A DNA stretch of 64,000 nucleotides, taken from the NCBI GenBank assembly GCA_963762565.1, contig CAVXLD010000001.1, forward strand, positions 1,248,001-1,312,000. The letters run 5' to 3'. Shown piece by piece: positions 10,359 to 21,374 of the stretch; position 1 is the first letter of the stretch; every line of letters starts with the position of its first letter. A model generated the notes under the pieces. It searched no databases. It was given only the letters and a program-made list of their open reading frames with translations, and had not been told where the DNA came from. The position numbers and the translations under genes were made by a program. The stretch comes from an uncultured Verrucomicrobiae bacterium. Lineage in GTDB: Bacteria > Verrucomicrobiota > Verrucomicrobiia > Chthoniobacterales > JAFAMB01.

Positions 10359-11786
10359 ATGAGCAGCATCACTACACCAAGCACAACCGACTATAAGGTC
10401 GCAGATATCTCTTTGGCCGATTGGGGTCGCAAAGAGATCAACATCGCCGAAAAAGAAATGCCGGGTTTGATGGCGATCCGGAAGAAGTATTCTGAAGCGA
10501 AGCCACTCGCGGGCGTCCGGATTACCGGTTCGCTCCACATGACTATCCAAACGGCGGTGTTGATCGAGACTTTGCGCGATCTTGGTGCGTCCGTCCGCTG
10601 GGCAAGCTGTAACATCTTTTCAACGCAAGATCATGCGGCCGCGGCCATCGCCAAAGCTGGTGTACCGGTGTTCGCCTGGAAAGGGGAGAGCCTGGAGGAA
10701 TACTGGTGGTGCACGAATCAAGCGATCTCGCATCCGGACGGTAAGGGACCACAGCTCGTGGTCGATGATGGCGGCGATGTGACTCTGCTCCTGCATAAAG
10801 GATACGAATTGGAAGAAGGTAGCGACTGGGTAAATACGCCTTCATCCAGCCACGAAGAGAAAGTTATTAAGGATTTACTTAAAGAAGTTCATGCGGAGAA
10901 CCCGTATCGCTGGCATGAACTGGTAAAAGAATGGCGCGGAGTTTCCGAGGAAACAACGACCGGCGTCCATCGGCTTTACAAGCTGCAAGAAGCAGGAAAA
11001 CTGTTAGTTCCGGCGTTCAATGTGAACGACTCGGTCACCAAGTCGAAGTTCGATAACCTTTATGGGTGCCGGCATTCACTCGTAGACGGAATTAACCGCG
11101 CGCTGGATGTGATGCTAGCCGGAAAGATCGCGGTGGTCTGTGGGTATGGGGATGTAGGCAAAGGTTGCGCTCAATCGTTACGCGGTCAGGGTGCGCGAGT
11201 AGTCATCACTGAAATTGATCCGATCAATGCGTTGCAGGCGGCGATGGAAGGTTTCGAGGTCACTACCGTCGAGGACACCTTAGGCCGCGGCGATATCTAC
11301 GTTACCACCACCGGCAACCGCGACGTTATCACCGTCGAGCACATGGCCAAAATGAAAGACCAAGCAGTGGTTTGTAATATCGGCCATTTTGATAACGAGA
11401 TTCAGGTAGACAAGCTCAAGGCTTTTCCGGGCATCCAAAGCACCAATATCAAGCCTCAGGTAGACAAATTCCGGTTCTCCGATGGACACGAAATTTTCCT
11501 CCTGGCGGAAGGCCGCCTGGTAAACTTGGGTTGCGCCACGGGGCATCCGTCGTTCGTTATGAGCAACTCGTTCTCGAATCAAGTCCTGGCTCAGATCGAT
11601 CTTTGGAAGAACAAGGATACCTATACCCCGAGCGTGTATATTCTGCCGAAGAAACTCGATGAAGAAGTAGCCCGCCTGCATCTCGAGAAGATCGGAGTCA
11701 AGCTGACCAAACTAAGCGAGCAACAGGCAGAATATATCGGGGTTCCTGTCGAGGGTCCCTACAAGCCTGAGTACTACCGGTACTAA
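10359..11786 (+). CDS. ahcY: Adenosylhomocysteinase
   Basis: [43 protein letters not shown]. Confidence 0.98.
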   Translation: MSSITTPSTTDYKVADISLADWGRKEINIAEKEMPGLMAIRKKYSEAKPLAGVRITGSLHMTIQTAVLIETLRDLGASVRWASCNIFSTQDHAAAAIAKAGVPVFAWKGESLEEYWWCTNQAISHPDGKGPQLVVDDGGDVTLLLHKGYELEEGSDWVNTPSSSHEEKVIKDLLKEVHAENPYRWHELVKEWRGVSEETTTGVHRLYKLQEAGKLLVPAFNVNDSVTKSKFDNLYGCRHSLVDGINRALDVMLAGKIAVVCGYGDVGKGCAQSLRGQGARVVITEIDPINALQAAMEGFEVTTVEDTLGRGDIYVTTTGNRDVITVEHMAKMKDQAVVCNIGHFDNEIQVDKLKAFPGIQSTNIKPQVDKFRFSDGHEIFLLAEGRLVNLGCATGHPSFVMSNSFSNQVLAQIDLWKNKDTYTPSVYILPKKLDEEVARLHLEKIGVKLTKLSEQQAEYIGVPVEGPYKPEYYRY

Positions 11787-11797
11787 GCGGGGGATAG

Positions 11798-12001
11798 GGT
11801 TAGCGGTTTGCGGTTAGCCGTCGGCAGTTAGCGGTTAACCGCTGGGTTTCTATCAGGGCCAGCTATAAATACTCGCGCTGAGTTCCTGGAACGGATAGGA
11901 TCCGCCTTCGCAAAGCCTACGGCGCGACAGGCTCTATGGGACCAATAGGACTTATATGTGCCGACGGCCAACTGCTAACTGCTAACTGCTAACTGCCAAC
12001 T
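11798..12001. repeat. Inverted 7-mer arrays (GGTTAGC)n ... (GCTAACT)n with an internal 9-mer array
   Basis: ggttagc ggtttgc ggttagc cgtcggc agttagc; gccgacg gccaact gctaact x3. Confidence 0.8.
11901..11931. mobile_element. 31-bp mini-element, copy 1
   Basis: TCCGCCTTCGCAAAGCCTACGGCGCGACAGG; related copies at 42581-42610 and 55355-55384. Confidence 0.7.
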
Positions 12002-13275
12002 CGCAGCCGGTACCTGGAAAAGCAGATCAATCCGGCCACGCAGGCGAGACCGGCGATAATCGATGTCCAACGCAATCCGGTTGGTCCGAGTCCGGCTTGA
12101 ATTTGCGCAAATGACACCACCGAAAGCCCAATCATCGATTTTTGCAGGATTGCCTGTACGCCGAAATAGATTGCTTCTCGACGGGTGCCGGTACGCTCGG
12201 CGTCAGCGTCGATAACGTCTGCTAATAAGGCAAAAGCTAAGACCCCAAAGCCTGCTACCGGCAACCCAGCCAGGCCGCAGACAAGTTGGGCAGCAACGAG
12301 CGGAGATACGGGCAGACCTAATTGATCGGACCACCCGAAAAGGCAGAAAACGATCCCGGAAAGAGCAAATACCAGCATCAGAGACGCAAACTTCCCGACC
12401 CTTTTAGCCAGCCAGTTAAAAAAGAAAAAACCTACGAGGTTTGTGGCAATGAAGGGTAGCATCAGCCAGGTCACAGCATCCTTAGATAGACCCAGCCGGG
12501 CTTCGACCCATCTAGGCACCAACATCAATAATAAGTTTAAGGCGAACCAGTAGAAGGAAGTTCCGATCAATAACGGCAGGAAATCCCGATTAGTAAGCAC
12601 CTCCCAAATCCAACGGAACAAACCGGTCAGCGACCCCTTCGGCTGTTCGGCGGGGGGATTTTCCCGGATAAAAATCGTAATCGGATAAAACGAGATCAAC
12701 ACCGCGACGGCTAGCACCAGCCCTAGTACCGGGTAACCGAACTGCTGGATGATCAAACCGGATAAGGCGAATACCAGGGTGCCCACAAGCGTGGCTACGC
12801 CTTGACCGGTAGTCAGGTTCAATCTTTCGCGCGGAGAATTACCGATCTCCGGTAACAGCGCCAGATATGGTGTAACCACCAAACCATAAAGTAAGAAGTA
12901 GCCCTGACAAACGGCGGCCGCATAAATGATCCGAATTGTCTCCGGCGCCTTTACTGGCGGGCACCAGAGCAGGAAACAGACGACGGCCAACGGCAAGGTT
13001 GCGACAACCAAAAAGGGGATGCGCCGTCCCCAACGCGAGTAGCTGATATCGGTCCAATAGGCGATGAACGGGTCTGAAATTCCGTCCGTCAGGCGGCCAG
13101 CCAATAAGATCAACGAAAACGCCGTCGTGGTCACGATCCCACCAATCACAAACCTCTCATAGAGCCATTGGGATAAAACCAAATTGGTAAGATTCATCGC
13201 AAACCCGCCCGACACGTAGATGATGAACTGAAGGCTGGAGAGGGAAGGCTTCTTGTTTTCCTGGCTGAGTGACAT
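11989..13275 (-). CDS. MFS transporter, GPH/MelB-like
   Basis: DGISDPFIAYWTD, SRWGRRIPFL, DVIDADAERTGTRREAIYFG; about 12 TM segments. Confidence 0.9.
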   Translation of the reverse strand: MSLSQENKKPSLSSLQFIIYVSGGFAMNLTNLVLSQWLYERFVIGGIVTTTAFSLILLAGRLTDGISDPFIAYWTDISYSRWGRRIPFLVVATLPLAVVCFLLWCPPVKAPETIRIIYAAAVCQGYFLLYGLVVTPYLALLPEIGNSPRERLNLTTGQGVATLVGTLVFALSGLIIQQFGYPVLGLVLAVAVLISFYPITIFIRENPPAEQPKGSLTGLFRWIWEVLTNRDFLPLLIGTSFYWFALNLLLMLVPRWVEARLGLSKDAVTWLMLPFIATNLVGFFFFNWLAKRVGKFASLMLVFALSGIVFCLFGWSDQLGLPVSPLVAAQLVCGLAGLPVAGFGVLAFALLADVIDADAERTGTRREAIYFGVQAILQKSMIGLSVVSFAQIQAGLGPTGLRWTSIIAGLACVAGLICFSRYRLRVGS

Positions 13276-13332
13276 GGGTGGTGGCGGTTGCGCCGGTTAT
13301 CTCGCGCGAGTCGGGGCGAGGATCAAGGAGTT

Positions 13333-13664
13333 GGTAGGGCGACTTTCGAACGCGCCTTCCCGCGACCCGCAGGGCAAGGCCCAGGGCCCGGAGGGGAGCC
13401 GCTTTGTAAGCCGCTAGCTCTGGCGGTTGGCGGCAGGCGGCTCCCGGGAATAACCCAGCGCGTCGCAGTTCCATCGACTGCGTTCGGATCAAGGGTCTAC
13501 AGAACAGTTTTGGGCAATAATCTACGTTGGATCGTTCCCGGGAGCCGCCTGCTGCTCACCGACAGAGCTGCGAACCTACGAAGCGGCTCCCCTCCAGGCC
13601 CTTGTCCCACGGCCTCGCAAGCGAGGCAGCGCTCCACGGGTGGCGCCCCCCTCCACGCCCTACC
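13333..13664. mobile_element. Nested repeat composite: family B foldback 13384-13601 plus REP 13607-13638 inside GGTAGGGCG...CGCCCTACC ends
   Basis: GGGCCCGGAGGGGAGCCGCTT / AAGCGGCTCCCCTCCAGGCCC; inner GGCGGCTCCCGGGAA / TTCCCGGGAGCCGCC. Confidence 0.7.
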
Positions 13665-15831
13665 GATCTCCCTTCTGCTCAAGCCGCATCACCGCATCAT
13701 GGGCGAGCTTCACCTGATCAACGAGCGCGTTAAGGTAGAAAAGAAACCATGAATTCTTGCCTTGGTCCGGCGCACCGTCCTGAAGTTTATCCTCCCAACC
13801 ATTCAACGCCGCGAAATTTTTTGGCAACGGCTTTGGCGGTCGACCACTCTCCAGGTTTGCGCCGAGATCATCTAGATCATCGGCTAGTTCGCGGGCAATC
13901 GGTTGCACTTTCTCGGATCGAATCTGCTCAAGTTTTTCTTTGGGCAAGTGCGCCATTGCCGACAGCGAATAAAAAATATCCTGGCAAAAGTTAAGGCTGG
14001 CCAACAATGGTTCGACATCACCGCGCAGATGGGGCGGCTCACTCAGCAGACGCTGGCCGGCATTGACAGCGTTAGCGACAGCTAAACCACTCTGTTTCCG
14101 CATCTCCGTGACTGAGAGCCGTTCTTTCCCCAGCGCGAAGAGAGCTCGCAGAAACAAAGCCGTGGTCTGGTAGGCTTTGGCGAGCTGACCAGGCAATTTA
14201 CTGCGTTCCCATACCGGGAAAAACAGATAACCACAAACAATGGCTAGTGCGCCGCCGATTATCGTGTGCATCAGCCTGAGGAAACTATCCGTGGCCGTGC
14301 CCGGGTGAGCTAAATCGAGCATGACCATGATCATCGGCGTCAGAGCAAAGGAGAACGCCACGTAGTTAGCCCATCTCAGCGCCATGGTGGCGAAAGAGAG
14401 GACCGCCAGGATTAGCAGTAACCAACCTGAATCATGAACGCACAATAACAGTATAGCCGCCAAGACCGCACCGGCGACTGTCCCCGTTATTCTTTGAATG
14501 GCTTTGTGGAGGGTTCCGCCAAAATTCGGTTTCAAGACTACGACCACCGTCATCGGGATCCAGTATCCGCGAGTCACGTGAAACGCGGATGCGGCGAGCG
14601 CGGCTAGTGCCGACGCCACGGCTAACCGCAGCGCGTGGCGAAATGAGCTCGACTGAAACGATAGATTGTTCCGAATCTCTTCGATGCCCCTAAACCGCTC
14701 GATTCTTGGGCGATCGGGTTTGCGCGCCACGGAGCGTTGCTGACGTTCTCCTGTCTTTAATAGACCTGCGGTTTCGGCTAGCCAGGTAAATTCCCTGACC
14801 AGTGCTTCAACGGTCCTCCTTAGCTCATGCCGGGAGAAATCGTATTTGGCAGATGACTCCAATTCGTGGAGCCGAGGCAACAGTTGCCCGGCGGCTAGCT
14901 CTAGATACTTAGGATCGACAATTCCGCCGCGTCGTGCGACCGCGCCGCCCACCTCTCGGGACAGACGAGTTAAAGCCTCCGTAAAGCCGCGTAGTTCTTC
15001 ACGTACAGAGTCAAACCAAGCTTCATGGCCAACTAAATTAAGAACGCCTCTGAATGCGATGACCATTTTACCCGCGCTATCCAGGTTCTCGATCAGATCC
15101 AGCAACTGAGTGCTCCGGAGACTAGGCCCAGCGCGTTTGGCTCGAACGGCTCCCCAAATCTTCCGGCTCTGTTCGATGCTGGTCAGCAACGCGTCATACG
15201 CTAGCGCCACCTGCAAATTCGAGGCGCCAGATCCGGATTTCGGGGCTCCGACCCAGACCGCGTCGAGGAGATTGCCCAACTGTTCGCTACTCTTTGAGCA
15301 GGCCTGAAACAACGGTAAGAAAGGGCGCACCGGCCAAAGCGCCAGGATCAGGACTGCTGCCCATAAGATGCCGATCGTGCAAAGGAGTAAGCGGATCCAA
15401 AACTCATTTGGGGCGTTCAACACGACCGCCACAACCACAATGGTGGTGCTAACCAGGCCTGCCTGGGAAGCAGCGTTCCCGGCTACGCCTATCAGTGTCA
15501 TCACAAAAGCCCAACCAAAGACGCCAAGGATGTATCCCGGTACCGATTGAGTGATCCACGCGCCGTACACGTACGCCAAAAGAATCACGAACCCGGAGCC
15601 GGCAATACCAATAGCCTTCTGTGGATAAGCGCCGCCCATATCGCACAGCAGAGTCCAGAAAGCGGCCAGCGCAGTCAGTATGCCCCAGCTCAAATGCCCG
15701 GTGAGCAAGCCGATGCTGGTCGGGACCGAAATACAGACTGCTGTGCGGATTCCTTGGGACCAATCATAAGTGCCATCGCCCGCATCCGTGTGCCACGCGA
15801 TGATCGTCTGCCAAATGCTTTCACGGTTCAC
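13660..15831 (-). CDS. FUSC/YccS-YhfK family membrane protein
   Basis: [38 protein letters not shown]. Confidence 0.88.
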   Translation of the reverse strand: MNRESIWQTIIAWHTDAGDGTYDWSQGIRTAVCISVPTSIGLLTGHLSWGILTALAAFWTLLCDMGGAYPQKAIGIAGSGFVILLAYVYGAWITQSVPGYILGVFGWAFVMTLIGVAGNAASQAGLVSTTIVVVAVVLNAPNEFWIRLLLCTIGILWAAVLILALWPVRPFLPLFQACSKSSEQLGNLLDAVWVGAPKSGSGASNLQVALAYDALLTSIEQSRKIWGAVRAKRAGPSLRSTQLLDLIENLDSAGKMVIAFRGVLNLVGHEAWFDSVREELRGFTEALTRLSREVGGAVARRGGIVDPKYLELAAGQLLPRLHELESSAKYDFSRHELRRTVEALVREFTWLAETAGLLKTGERQQRSVARKPDRPRIERFRGIEEIRNNLSFQSSSFRHALRLAVASALAALAASAFHVTRGYWIPMTVVVVLKPNFGGTLHKAIQRITGTVAGAVLAAILLLCVHDSGWLLLILAVLSFATMALRWANYVAFSFALTPMIMVMLDLAHPGTATDSFLRLMHTIIGGALAIVCGYLFFPVWERSKLPGQLAKAYQTTALFLRALFALGKERLSVTEMRKQSGLAVANAVNAGQRLLSEPPHLRGDVEPLLASLNFCQDIFYSLSAMAHLPKEKLEQIRSEKVQPIARELADDLDDLGANLESGRPPKPLPKNFAALNGWEDKLQDGAPDQGKNSWFLFYLNALVDQVKLAHDAVMRLEQKGDR

Positions 15832-15896
15832 GTTTCTTGAATAGCGTCTATCTTGGGGTGTCAGACTGGGACTTATTTGAGAGCGTTGGATCGATT

Positions 15897-17258
15897 ATGA
15901 ATTTAAGGCTCGCTCTATTATCGACAGGTTTGCTGTTCGTCCTCGTTGGGAGGAGCTCGGCCGAGAATACCGCGCAAATTCCAATTAATCACATCATCTA
16001 TATCATCCAGGAGAACATCACTTTCGATCACTACTTCGGGACGTATCCTGGAGCGGACGGCATCCCAGCCGACGTGAAATTCGCCTTTCGACCCGGAGGG
16101 AAACCTAAACTTGGCCCTTTTCATTTAACGAAGACTGCGATTCCGCACGACCTGAATCACAGCTGGCAAGCCGCCCGGACCGCTTACGACGGGGGCAAAA
16201 TGGACGGGTTTCTCTGGGCGGAATGGCCCGAGGCCTTGCATTACTATTGGCGAGGCGAAGTGCCTCAGATTAATCCAGCCAAGATTGAGCCGGTTGCAGG
16301 TCTGCCCGGTAAAGGCGGCCCGATGTTTAGCACCAATGTTCTTGACGGGCAACTAATCGGAAAACGGCCGAACTCGGCTCCATCGGGCCCGCCACCAGAT
16401 TGGGTTTTGAATACTCTCTCCTATTACGATTATCACGAAGTCCCCAACTATTGGGAGTACGCCCGTCGGTACACCCTGTGCGACCGTTTCTTTTCCTCGC
16501 TCAAAGGACCCAGTGAACCCAATCACCTCTACACCATTGCCGCGCAGTCCGGCGGATTAGTGAATAATCCGGGACCAGATATCGCTCGAAAAGAGGCAGT
16601 TTATAATTTCAAGACCGTCGCCGAGTTGTTGCAGAGCAAAGGCGTCAGTTGGAAGTATTACGACGAGAAACCGAATCCTCACCAGCATACCTTATGGAAT
16701 CCGTTGCCCGGATTTAAGAGCTTCACGCCTAACGGAGAGCTAATTAAGAACGTAGTTCCGTTGGATGAATTCTTTTCCGATATCAAAAATGGCGAGCTCC
16801 CTAGTGTTTGTTGGATTGTGCCGAACGGACCAGACAGCGAACACCCACCTCAGGATTCCGCTCGAGGCATGTGGCATGTAACGGACCTGGTGAATGCGGT
16901 GATGAATAGCCCGTTCTGGAAAGATACTGCCATCATCATTACCTGGGACGACTATGGAGGCTTTTACGATCATGTTGCTCCCCCAAAGATCGACAAGTAT
17001 GGCTATGGGTTCCGAGTTCCCGGGCTAGTTATCTCGGCTTACGCACGACCCGGGTTTGTTGATCACACCCAATTCGATTTCACTTCGCCGTTGAAGTTGA
17101 TTGAGACGCGATTCAATCTGCCGGCTTTAACCGACCGCGATCGCGCCGCGAATGACATGCTCAGTTGTTTCGATTTTAAGCAACAACCCTTATCGCCCGA
17201 TCCGATCACAAAAGGTACCAAGCTGGATTTTTCGGCTGTGAAACCGACGCGACCGTAA
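15897..17258 (+). CDS. Secreted phosphoesterase / phospholipase C family protein
   Basis: Signal peptide; [39 protein letters not shown]. Confidence 0.9.
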   Translation: MNLRLALLSTGLLFVLVGRSSAENTAQIPINHIIYIIQENITFDHYFGTYPGADGIPADVKFAFRPGGKPKLGPFHLTKTAIPHDLNHSWQAARTAYDGGKMDGFLWAEWPEALHYYWRGEVPQINPAKIEPVAGLPGKGGPMFSTNVLDGQLIGKRPNSAPSGPPPDWVLNTLSYYDYHEVPNYWEYARRYTLCDRFFSSLKGPSEPNHLYTIAAQSGGLVNNPGPDIARKEAVYNFKTVAELLQSKGVSWKYYDEKPNPHQHTLWNPLPGFKSFTPNGELIKNVVPLDEFFSDIKNGELPSVCWIVPNGPDSEHPPQDSARGMWHVTDLVNAVMNSPFWKDTAIIITWDDYGGFYDHVAPPKIDKYGYGFRVPGLVISAYARPGFVDHTQFDFTSPLKLIETRFNLPALTDRDRAANDMLSCFDFKQQPLSPDPITKGTKLDFSAVKPTRP

Positions 17259-17274
17259 GGGGGGCGTGTTAGGT

Positions 17275-17526
17275 TGGTGGGGCGAGGCTCCCGCACGGTC
17301 CCGACCGCTTTCCAGGGCCCGACGTTTGAAACGAAAGAGGCGATCTTTGGGCCAAAGCGCTCGCCGAGCCGTGTCCATGGCGGGGCTATGTTCCAACGCG
17401 TCGAATCGGATTGGCGCACGCCGGGCCGCGGCTCGGCAACGCTTCGGCCAGGCGGCGGGCACAGGTTTGAAAACCACCAATCGGTTCGCGCACCTTTTGA
17501 GGAAGATCAGGAGCCTCTCCCCACCA
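17275..17526. mobile_element. REP/MITE-like foldback, family A copy 2
   Basis: TGGTGGGGCGAGGCTCC / GGAGCCTCTCCCCACCA; inner GCCGAGCCG 17363-17371 / CGGCTCGGC 17429-17437. Confidence 0.75.
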
Positions 17527-17598
17527 GTCTTGGGACGGAAGTCCCTAGCCCAGGGCATACGAATCCAACGAATTGGCAAGAAAACAATTGCGATACAT

Positions 17599-17620
17599 TG
17601 CTATCTTAGTACATATGTAC
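17599..17620 (+). promoter_or_regulatory. Extended -10 (TGcTATCTT) followed by a perfect palindrome GTACATATGTAC
   Basis: Palindrome 17609-17620, two nt before ATG 17623. Confidence 0.55.
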
Positions 17621-17622
17621 CA

Positions 17623-17898
17623 ATGTCAAACGCGAACGATCGTCAATCCCATGTTGAAATCGAACGCGTTCAGACCGGGGTTCGCCTCGAAAAAAAGCTG
17701 CTTAAAGTGCTCAAGGCGGTTGCCGAGCTGAAAGATATGTCCCTGGGAGATCTCCTGGAAGGAATCGTCCTTCACGCGTTTGAAGGTAAATCCGCCTTTA
17801 CCCGGGACACGCTTAAAGAAATTGAACAACTCAAGACTATCTACGGCTTAACCCTAAGCGCGGAAGATAGTCACAAACTCAGGGAACGTTCCCGATGA
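17623..17898 (+). CDS. Small conserved hypothetical protein, ribbon-helix-helix-like
   Basis: RVQTGVRLEKKLLKVLKAVAELKDMSLGDLLEGIV has a beta-alpha-alpha pattern; the longer tracked ORF reads through a repeat. Confidence 0.75.
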   Translation: MSNANDRQSHVEIERVQTGVRLEKKLLKVLKAVAELKDMSLGDLLEGIVLHAFEGKSAFTRDTLKEIEQLKTIYGLTLSAEDSHKLRERSR

Positions 17899-18434
17899 AA
17901 ACCGGGTTCATTGTTTTCATCATTGTCGGAGCAATTGCGTTTATGACCGTTTTATCTCAAGCCGATCATCATTCCGGAGGGACGGCTTCTCCGGTCCACG
18001 TTCGCACGGAGTTCGAGCTCACGGTTCGTGCCCCTTACAACGTCTCGTTTCCACTATTCGGGCCGGTTGGCGAGCGACCGTGGGCAGGAGGTGACTGGGA
18101 TCCCCAGTTTGTTTATCCAAGCCCCGGGGCAGATATCCAAGGAACGGTTTTCACGATAAAGCATGGCCCTCATCAGGCGATCTGGGTGAACACCGCATTC
18201 GACGTTGAAGGGCGCCACATTCAGTATGCCTATTTCATTACTGACGTGATGGTGACGACCATTAATCTCACTTTTCTTCCTCTGGATTCAGCTAGCACAA
18301 AGGTCTCCGTCGTATATGACCGGACCGCTCTCAGTGTCGCGGCAAATGATCATGTACAACAATTCGCAGCCGCTGACCGCGCGAGAGGTGCTGACTGGGA
18401 AAAAGCGATTAATGCCTGCATCCAGAAACACTGA
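17895..18434 (+). CDS. Hypothetical exported protein, possibly SRPBCC/START-like fold
   Basis: Signal-like N-terminus; ATGA overlap with the upstream gene; C-terminal WEKAIN helix. Confidence 0.7.
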   Translation: MKTGFIVFIIVGAIAFMTVLSQADHHSGGTASPVHVRTEFELTVRAPYNVSFPLFGPVGERPWAGGDWDPQFVYPSPGADIQGTVFTIKHGPHQAIWVNTAFDVEGRHIQYAYFITDVMVTTINLTFLPLDSASTKVSVVYDRTALSVAANDHVQQFAAADRARGADWEKAINACIQKH

Positions 18435-18579
18435 GTATCGGCGTTTGCTGCGGAAAATCTAGGGCGCTAGATTTGTGGAGTTACACCAGGCGGTGCAGGC
18501 CACGCCTGCGACGCATCCGCCGCAACGGATGTGGGCGGGGGCATGTGTATTGCTGTGCTATCTGGGTGACGTTTTAGCC

Positions 18580-20592
18580 ATGAAAAAAGAGCCTCGCATA
18601 ACGCTTCCGATCAAGAAGCCGGCCAAAGTAGACAAACAGGGTCCGCAGTGGCGCTTCATTATTATTTATTTTCTGATCACTCTGTTGATCACTTGGGGGT
18701 GGCAAGAATTCTTTTGGCAGGCCACCCTACGGACCATTCCTTATAGCCAGTTTAAGCATTATCTGGCTCTGCACGAAGTCACGGAGGCGGTCGTTAAAGA
18801 AGACGAGATCGACGGTCGAATCGTGCCAAAGGCAGAAGCAGCGCCGAAAGCCTCTACAGCCGAGCCGGCCCCGAGTGGATCGGCGTCTCCCGCCCAGCCG
18901 AGCCCAAGTGGTTCGCCAAACCAGGAAGTGCAGAAAGCGGAAACAGCGCCGTTTTTCTTTCGCACAGAACGGGTTGAAGACCCCGACTTGGTTAAGCAGT
19001 TACAGGAAGCCGGCGTCGAGTACGCCGCGCAACGCCCAGGCTTCATCAGCCAGTTCCTGGTTTCATGGGTATTGCCAATCGCTTTTATTTTCATTTTGTG
19101 GACCTTTCTCGCGCGGCGTATGGGGCGCTCCGGCCAATCGATTTTCGGAATCGGCCGCAGCGGGGCAAAATTGGTCGCTGATACTGATACCAAGGTCACG
19201 TTCGATGACGTAGCCGGCTGTGATGAAGCCAAGTTCGAGTTAAAGGAAGTGGTCGATTTCCTTAAAAGTCCGGAACAATACGAGGACTTGGGCGCGCGAA
19301 TTCCAAAAGGCGTTCTTTTGATTGGTCCGCCAGGCACGGGTAAGACTCTGCTGGCAAGGGCGGTGGCTGGTGAGGCCAAAGTTCCATTCTTTTCTATCAG
19401 TGGGAGCGACTTTGTTGAGATGTTCGTGGGTGTCGGAGCAGCCCGCGTACGGGATCTATTCCAACAGGCTAAAGACCATGCTCCCTGCATCATTTTTATC
19501 GACGAGTTAGATGCGATAGGTCGTCAGCGCGGCGTCCATATGGGTGCGGTTAACGATGAGCGCGAACAGACGTTAAACGCTCTGTTGGTGCAAATGGATG
19601 GGTTCGAACCGAACACAGGCGTAATCATCCTGGCCGCCACCAATCGTCCCGAGGTCCTGGACCGGGCGTTGCTGCGTCCTGGCCGGTTTGACCGGCAGGT
19701 GGTGGTCGACGCACCTGATCTCGACGGCCGCGAGGCCGTTCTGAAAGTCCATTCGAAAGATAAGCGGTTCGCAGTTGACGTTGATCTCCGTCGTATCGCC
19801 GCGGCTACGGCGGGCCTTTCCGGAGCTGATCTGGCCAATATTCTTAACGAGGCGGCCTTGCTAGCAGCGCGTCGACACGCCAAAACAATCAGCCAACGCG
19901 ATCTCGAAGATGCCATCGAGAAGGTAGTCGCAGGCCCGGAGCGGAAGAGCCGTCGTCTCAACGAAAAAGAAAAACAGAGAGTCGCTTACCACGAAGTCGG
20001 TCATGCGCTCATGGCTGCCTATAATCCTGATAGCGATCCGGTTCACAAAATCAGTATCGTGCCACGCGGAAGGGCTGCTCTCGGGTATACGATGCAGCTT
20101 CCCACCGAAGATCAATTTCTGCTTACTCGCACTGAATTGGTGGAGCGGATAGAAGGGTTACTAGGTGGCCGAGCTTCAGAGGAAGTGGTTTTTGGCGAGG
20201 TCAGCACCGGCGCCCAGAACGACTTGGAAAGGGCTACCGCACTAGCCCGTCAGATGGTTGCGATGTACGGAATGAGCGACCGGGTGGGACTAGCGAGCTG
20301 CGCTCAACGCCAGCCAAGCTTTCTCGATGGACAACAGTTCCAGTTGCAGCGCGATTGCAGCGAAGAAACCGCCCGAACTATCGACGAAGAAGTTAAGAAC
20401 CTGCTCGACCTCGCTTATACGCGAGCCAAAGAGACTTTGACCTCGCATCGTGACCAACTCGAGAGGGTGACCTCGGAGCTACTAAAGGCCGAGAGTGTCG
20501 ACGGTCCAACATTTTACCGGCTCATCGGGAAGGAGACCCCGATGATTCAGGCTCCTGCTTCGCTTCAAACGGCGGCTGCGGAAGCCAAGTAA
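18580..20592 (+). CDS. ftsH: ATP-dependent zinc metalloprotease FtsH
   Basis: 2 TM segments, [17 protein letters not shown] ([20 protein letters not shown]), HEVGH; start ATG 18580. Confidence 0.96.
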   Translation: MKKEPRITLPIKKPAKVDKQGPQWRFIIIYFLITLLITWGWQEFFWQATLRTIPYSQFKHYLALHEVTEAVVKEDEIDGRIVPKAEAAPKASTAEPAPSGSASPAQPSPSGSPNQEVQKAETAPFFFRTERVEDPDLVKQLQEAGVEYAAQRPGFISQFLVSWVLPIAFIFILWTFLARRMGRSGQSIFGIGRSGAKLVADTDTKVTFDDVAGCDEAKFELKEVVDFLKSPEQYEDLGARIPKGVLLIGPPGTGKTLLARAVAGEAKVPFFSISGSDFVEMFVGVGAARVRDLFQQAKDHAPCIIFIDELDAIGRQRGVHMGAVNDEREQTLNALLVQMDGFEPNTGVIILAATNRPEVLDRALLRPGRFDRQVVVDAPDLDGREAVLKVHSKDKRFAVDVDLRRIAAATAGLSGADLANILNEAALLAARRHAKTISQRDLEDAIEKVVAGPERKSRRLNEKEKQRVAYHEVGHALMAAYNPDSDPVHKISIVPRGRAALGYTMQLPTEDQFLLTRTELVERIEGLLGGRASEEVVFGEVSTGAQNDLERATALARQMVAMYGMSDRVGLASCAQRQPSFLDGQQFQLQRDCSEETARTIDEEVKNLLDLAYTRAKETLTSHRDQLERVTSELLKAESVDGPTFYRLIGKETPMIQAPASLQTAAAEAK

Positions 20593-20612
20593 CAGGGGGG
20601 CACGGACCGGTT

Positions 20613-20738
20613 GGGAGGCGAGCGTCCCGGCGCGCCGCGGAAGGGTCTGCGTCGTTGACATAGCCGGGCGTTTTTGTCGGGTCTTCCTGGGCTTCGAGGA
20701 CCATCCGGCAGCTGCCGGACGAGGACGCGATCCCTCCC
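20613..20738. repeat. REP-like inverted pair, family C (GGGAGGG...CCCTCCC)
   Basis: Related to 30946-31066 and 55246-55398. Confidence 0.6.
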
Positions 20739-20914
20739 CAATCCTATCGAACCTGCGCGTCCCAAATCCGGGACTCCGTGCCCAAAGGCGGAATATGGTG
20801 TCCGGCGCTTGGCAGCAAAGTTAAACCGCGTTCCCTGGGGAGCGCGGTCCAAATACCACCAAAATGATGTTGGCACGCGAAATGATATAGGAGTGTTCCG
20901 TGCCCAGCGAGCTT

Positions 20915-21028
20915 ATGAAAACTTCACGCATTCCCAGAGAACAAAATCCTTACTTCCTGACAGGTCGAGGTAAGAAAAAAGTCTGGTTCTTTTTCTGGAC
21001 AACTGCTCCCAGGAAAAATGCTCGCTAG
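20915..21028 (+). CDS. Unannotated 37-aa peptide MKTSRIPREQNPYFLTGRGKKKVWFFFWTTAPRKNAR
   Basis: Paralogue at 33835-33942 with synonymous-only core changes; alternative in-frame GTG 20900 with AGGAG; terminator downstream. Confidence 0.8.
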   Translation: MKTSRIPREQNPYFLTGRGKKKVWFFFWTTAPRKNAR

Positions 21029-21057
21029 AGCGATTTTCTTTTAAGTTTTTTCTCAAT

Positions 21058-21083
21058 GCCCGGGATTTACTCCCGGGCTTTTT
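21058..21083 (+). terminator. Rho-independent terminator
   Basis: GCCCGGGA-tttac-TCCCGGGC followed by TTTTT. Confidence 0.8.
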
Positions 21084-21125
21084 GTTGCGTACGGAAAGAA
21101 CGAGAATACGAGATTTCGGACGGCA

Positions 21126-21352
21126 GGTAGGGCGAAAAACTCGGCGCGCCCATGATGATATTTCGCCGAACAAAATCCGCGCCGGTTTTGAGCCGCGCCG
21201 TGCGTGTAGCAGCATCAGCGGCTGATTCGACCTGAGGGTTCCGGATTCGGCCGCACGTTGGACAGAATGGCCGCACGCAATGGCTCAAAACCGGCGCGAT
21301 TTTATTCAATTCGCAAACCGCATCGTGGGCGCGCCGAGTTTTTCGCCCTACC
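21126..21352. mobile_element. MITE/REPIN-like foldback, family D
   Basis: 27-bp perfect IR GGTAGGGCGAAAAACTCGGCGCGCCCA with ~50 bp further imperfect pairing; 15-bp end fragment at 4817-4831. Confidence 0.8.
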
Positions 21353-21374
21353 GGCCCCGACCAATCACCAATCA

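Noticed and set aside
17266..17622. 210-aa ORF N-terminal extension
   Set aside because: Reads through a family A foldback; the protein-like part starts at ATG 17623
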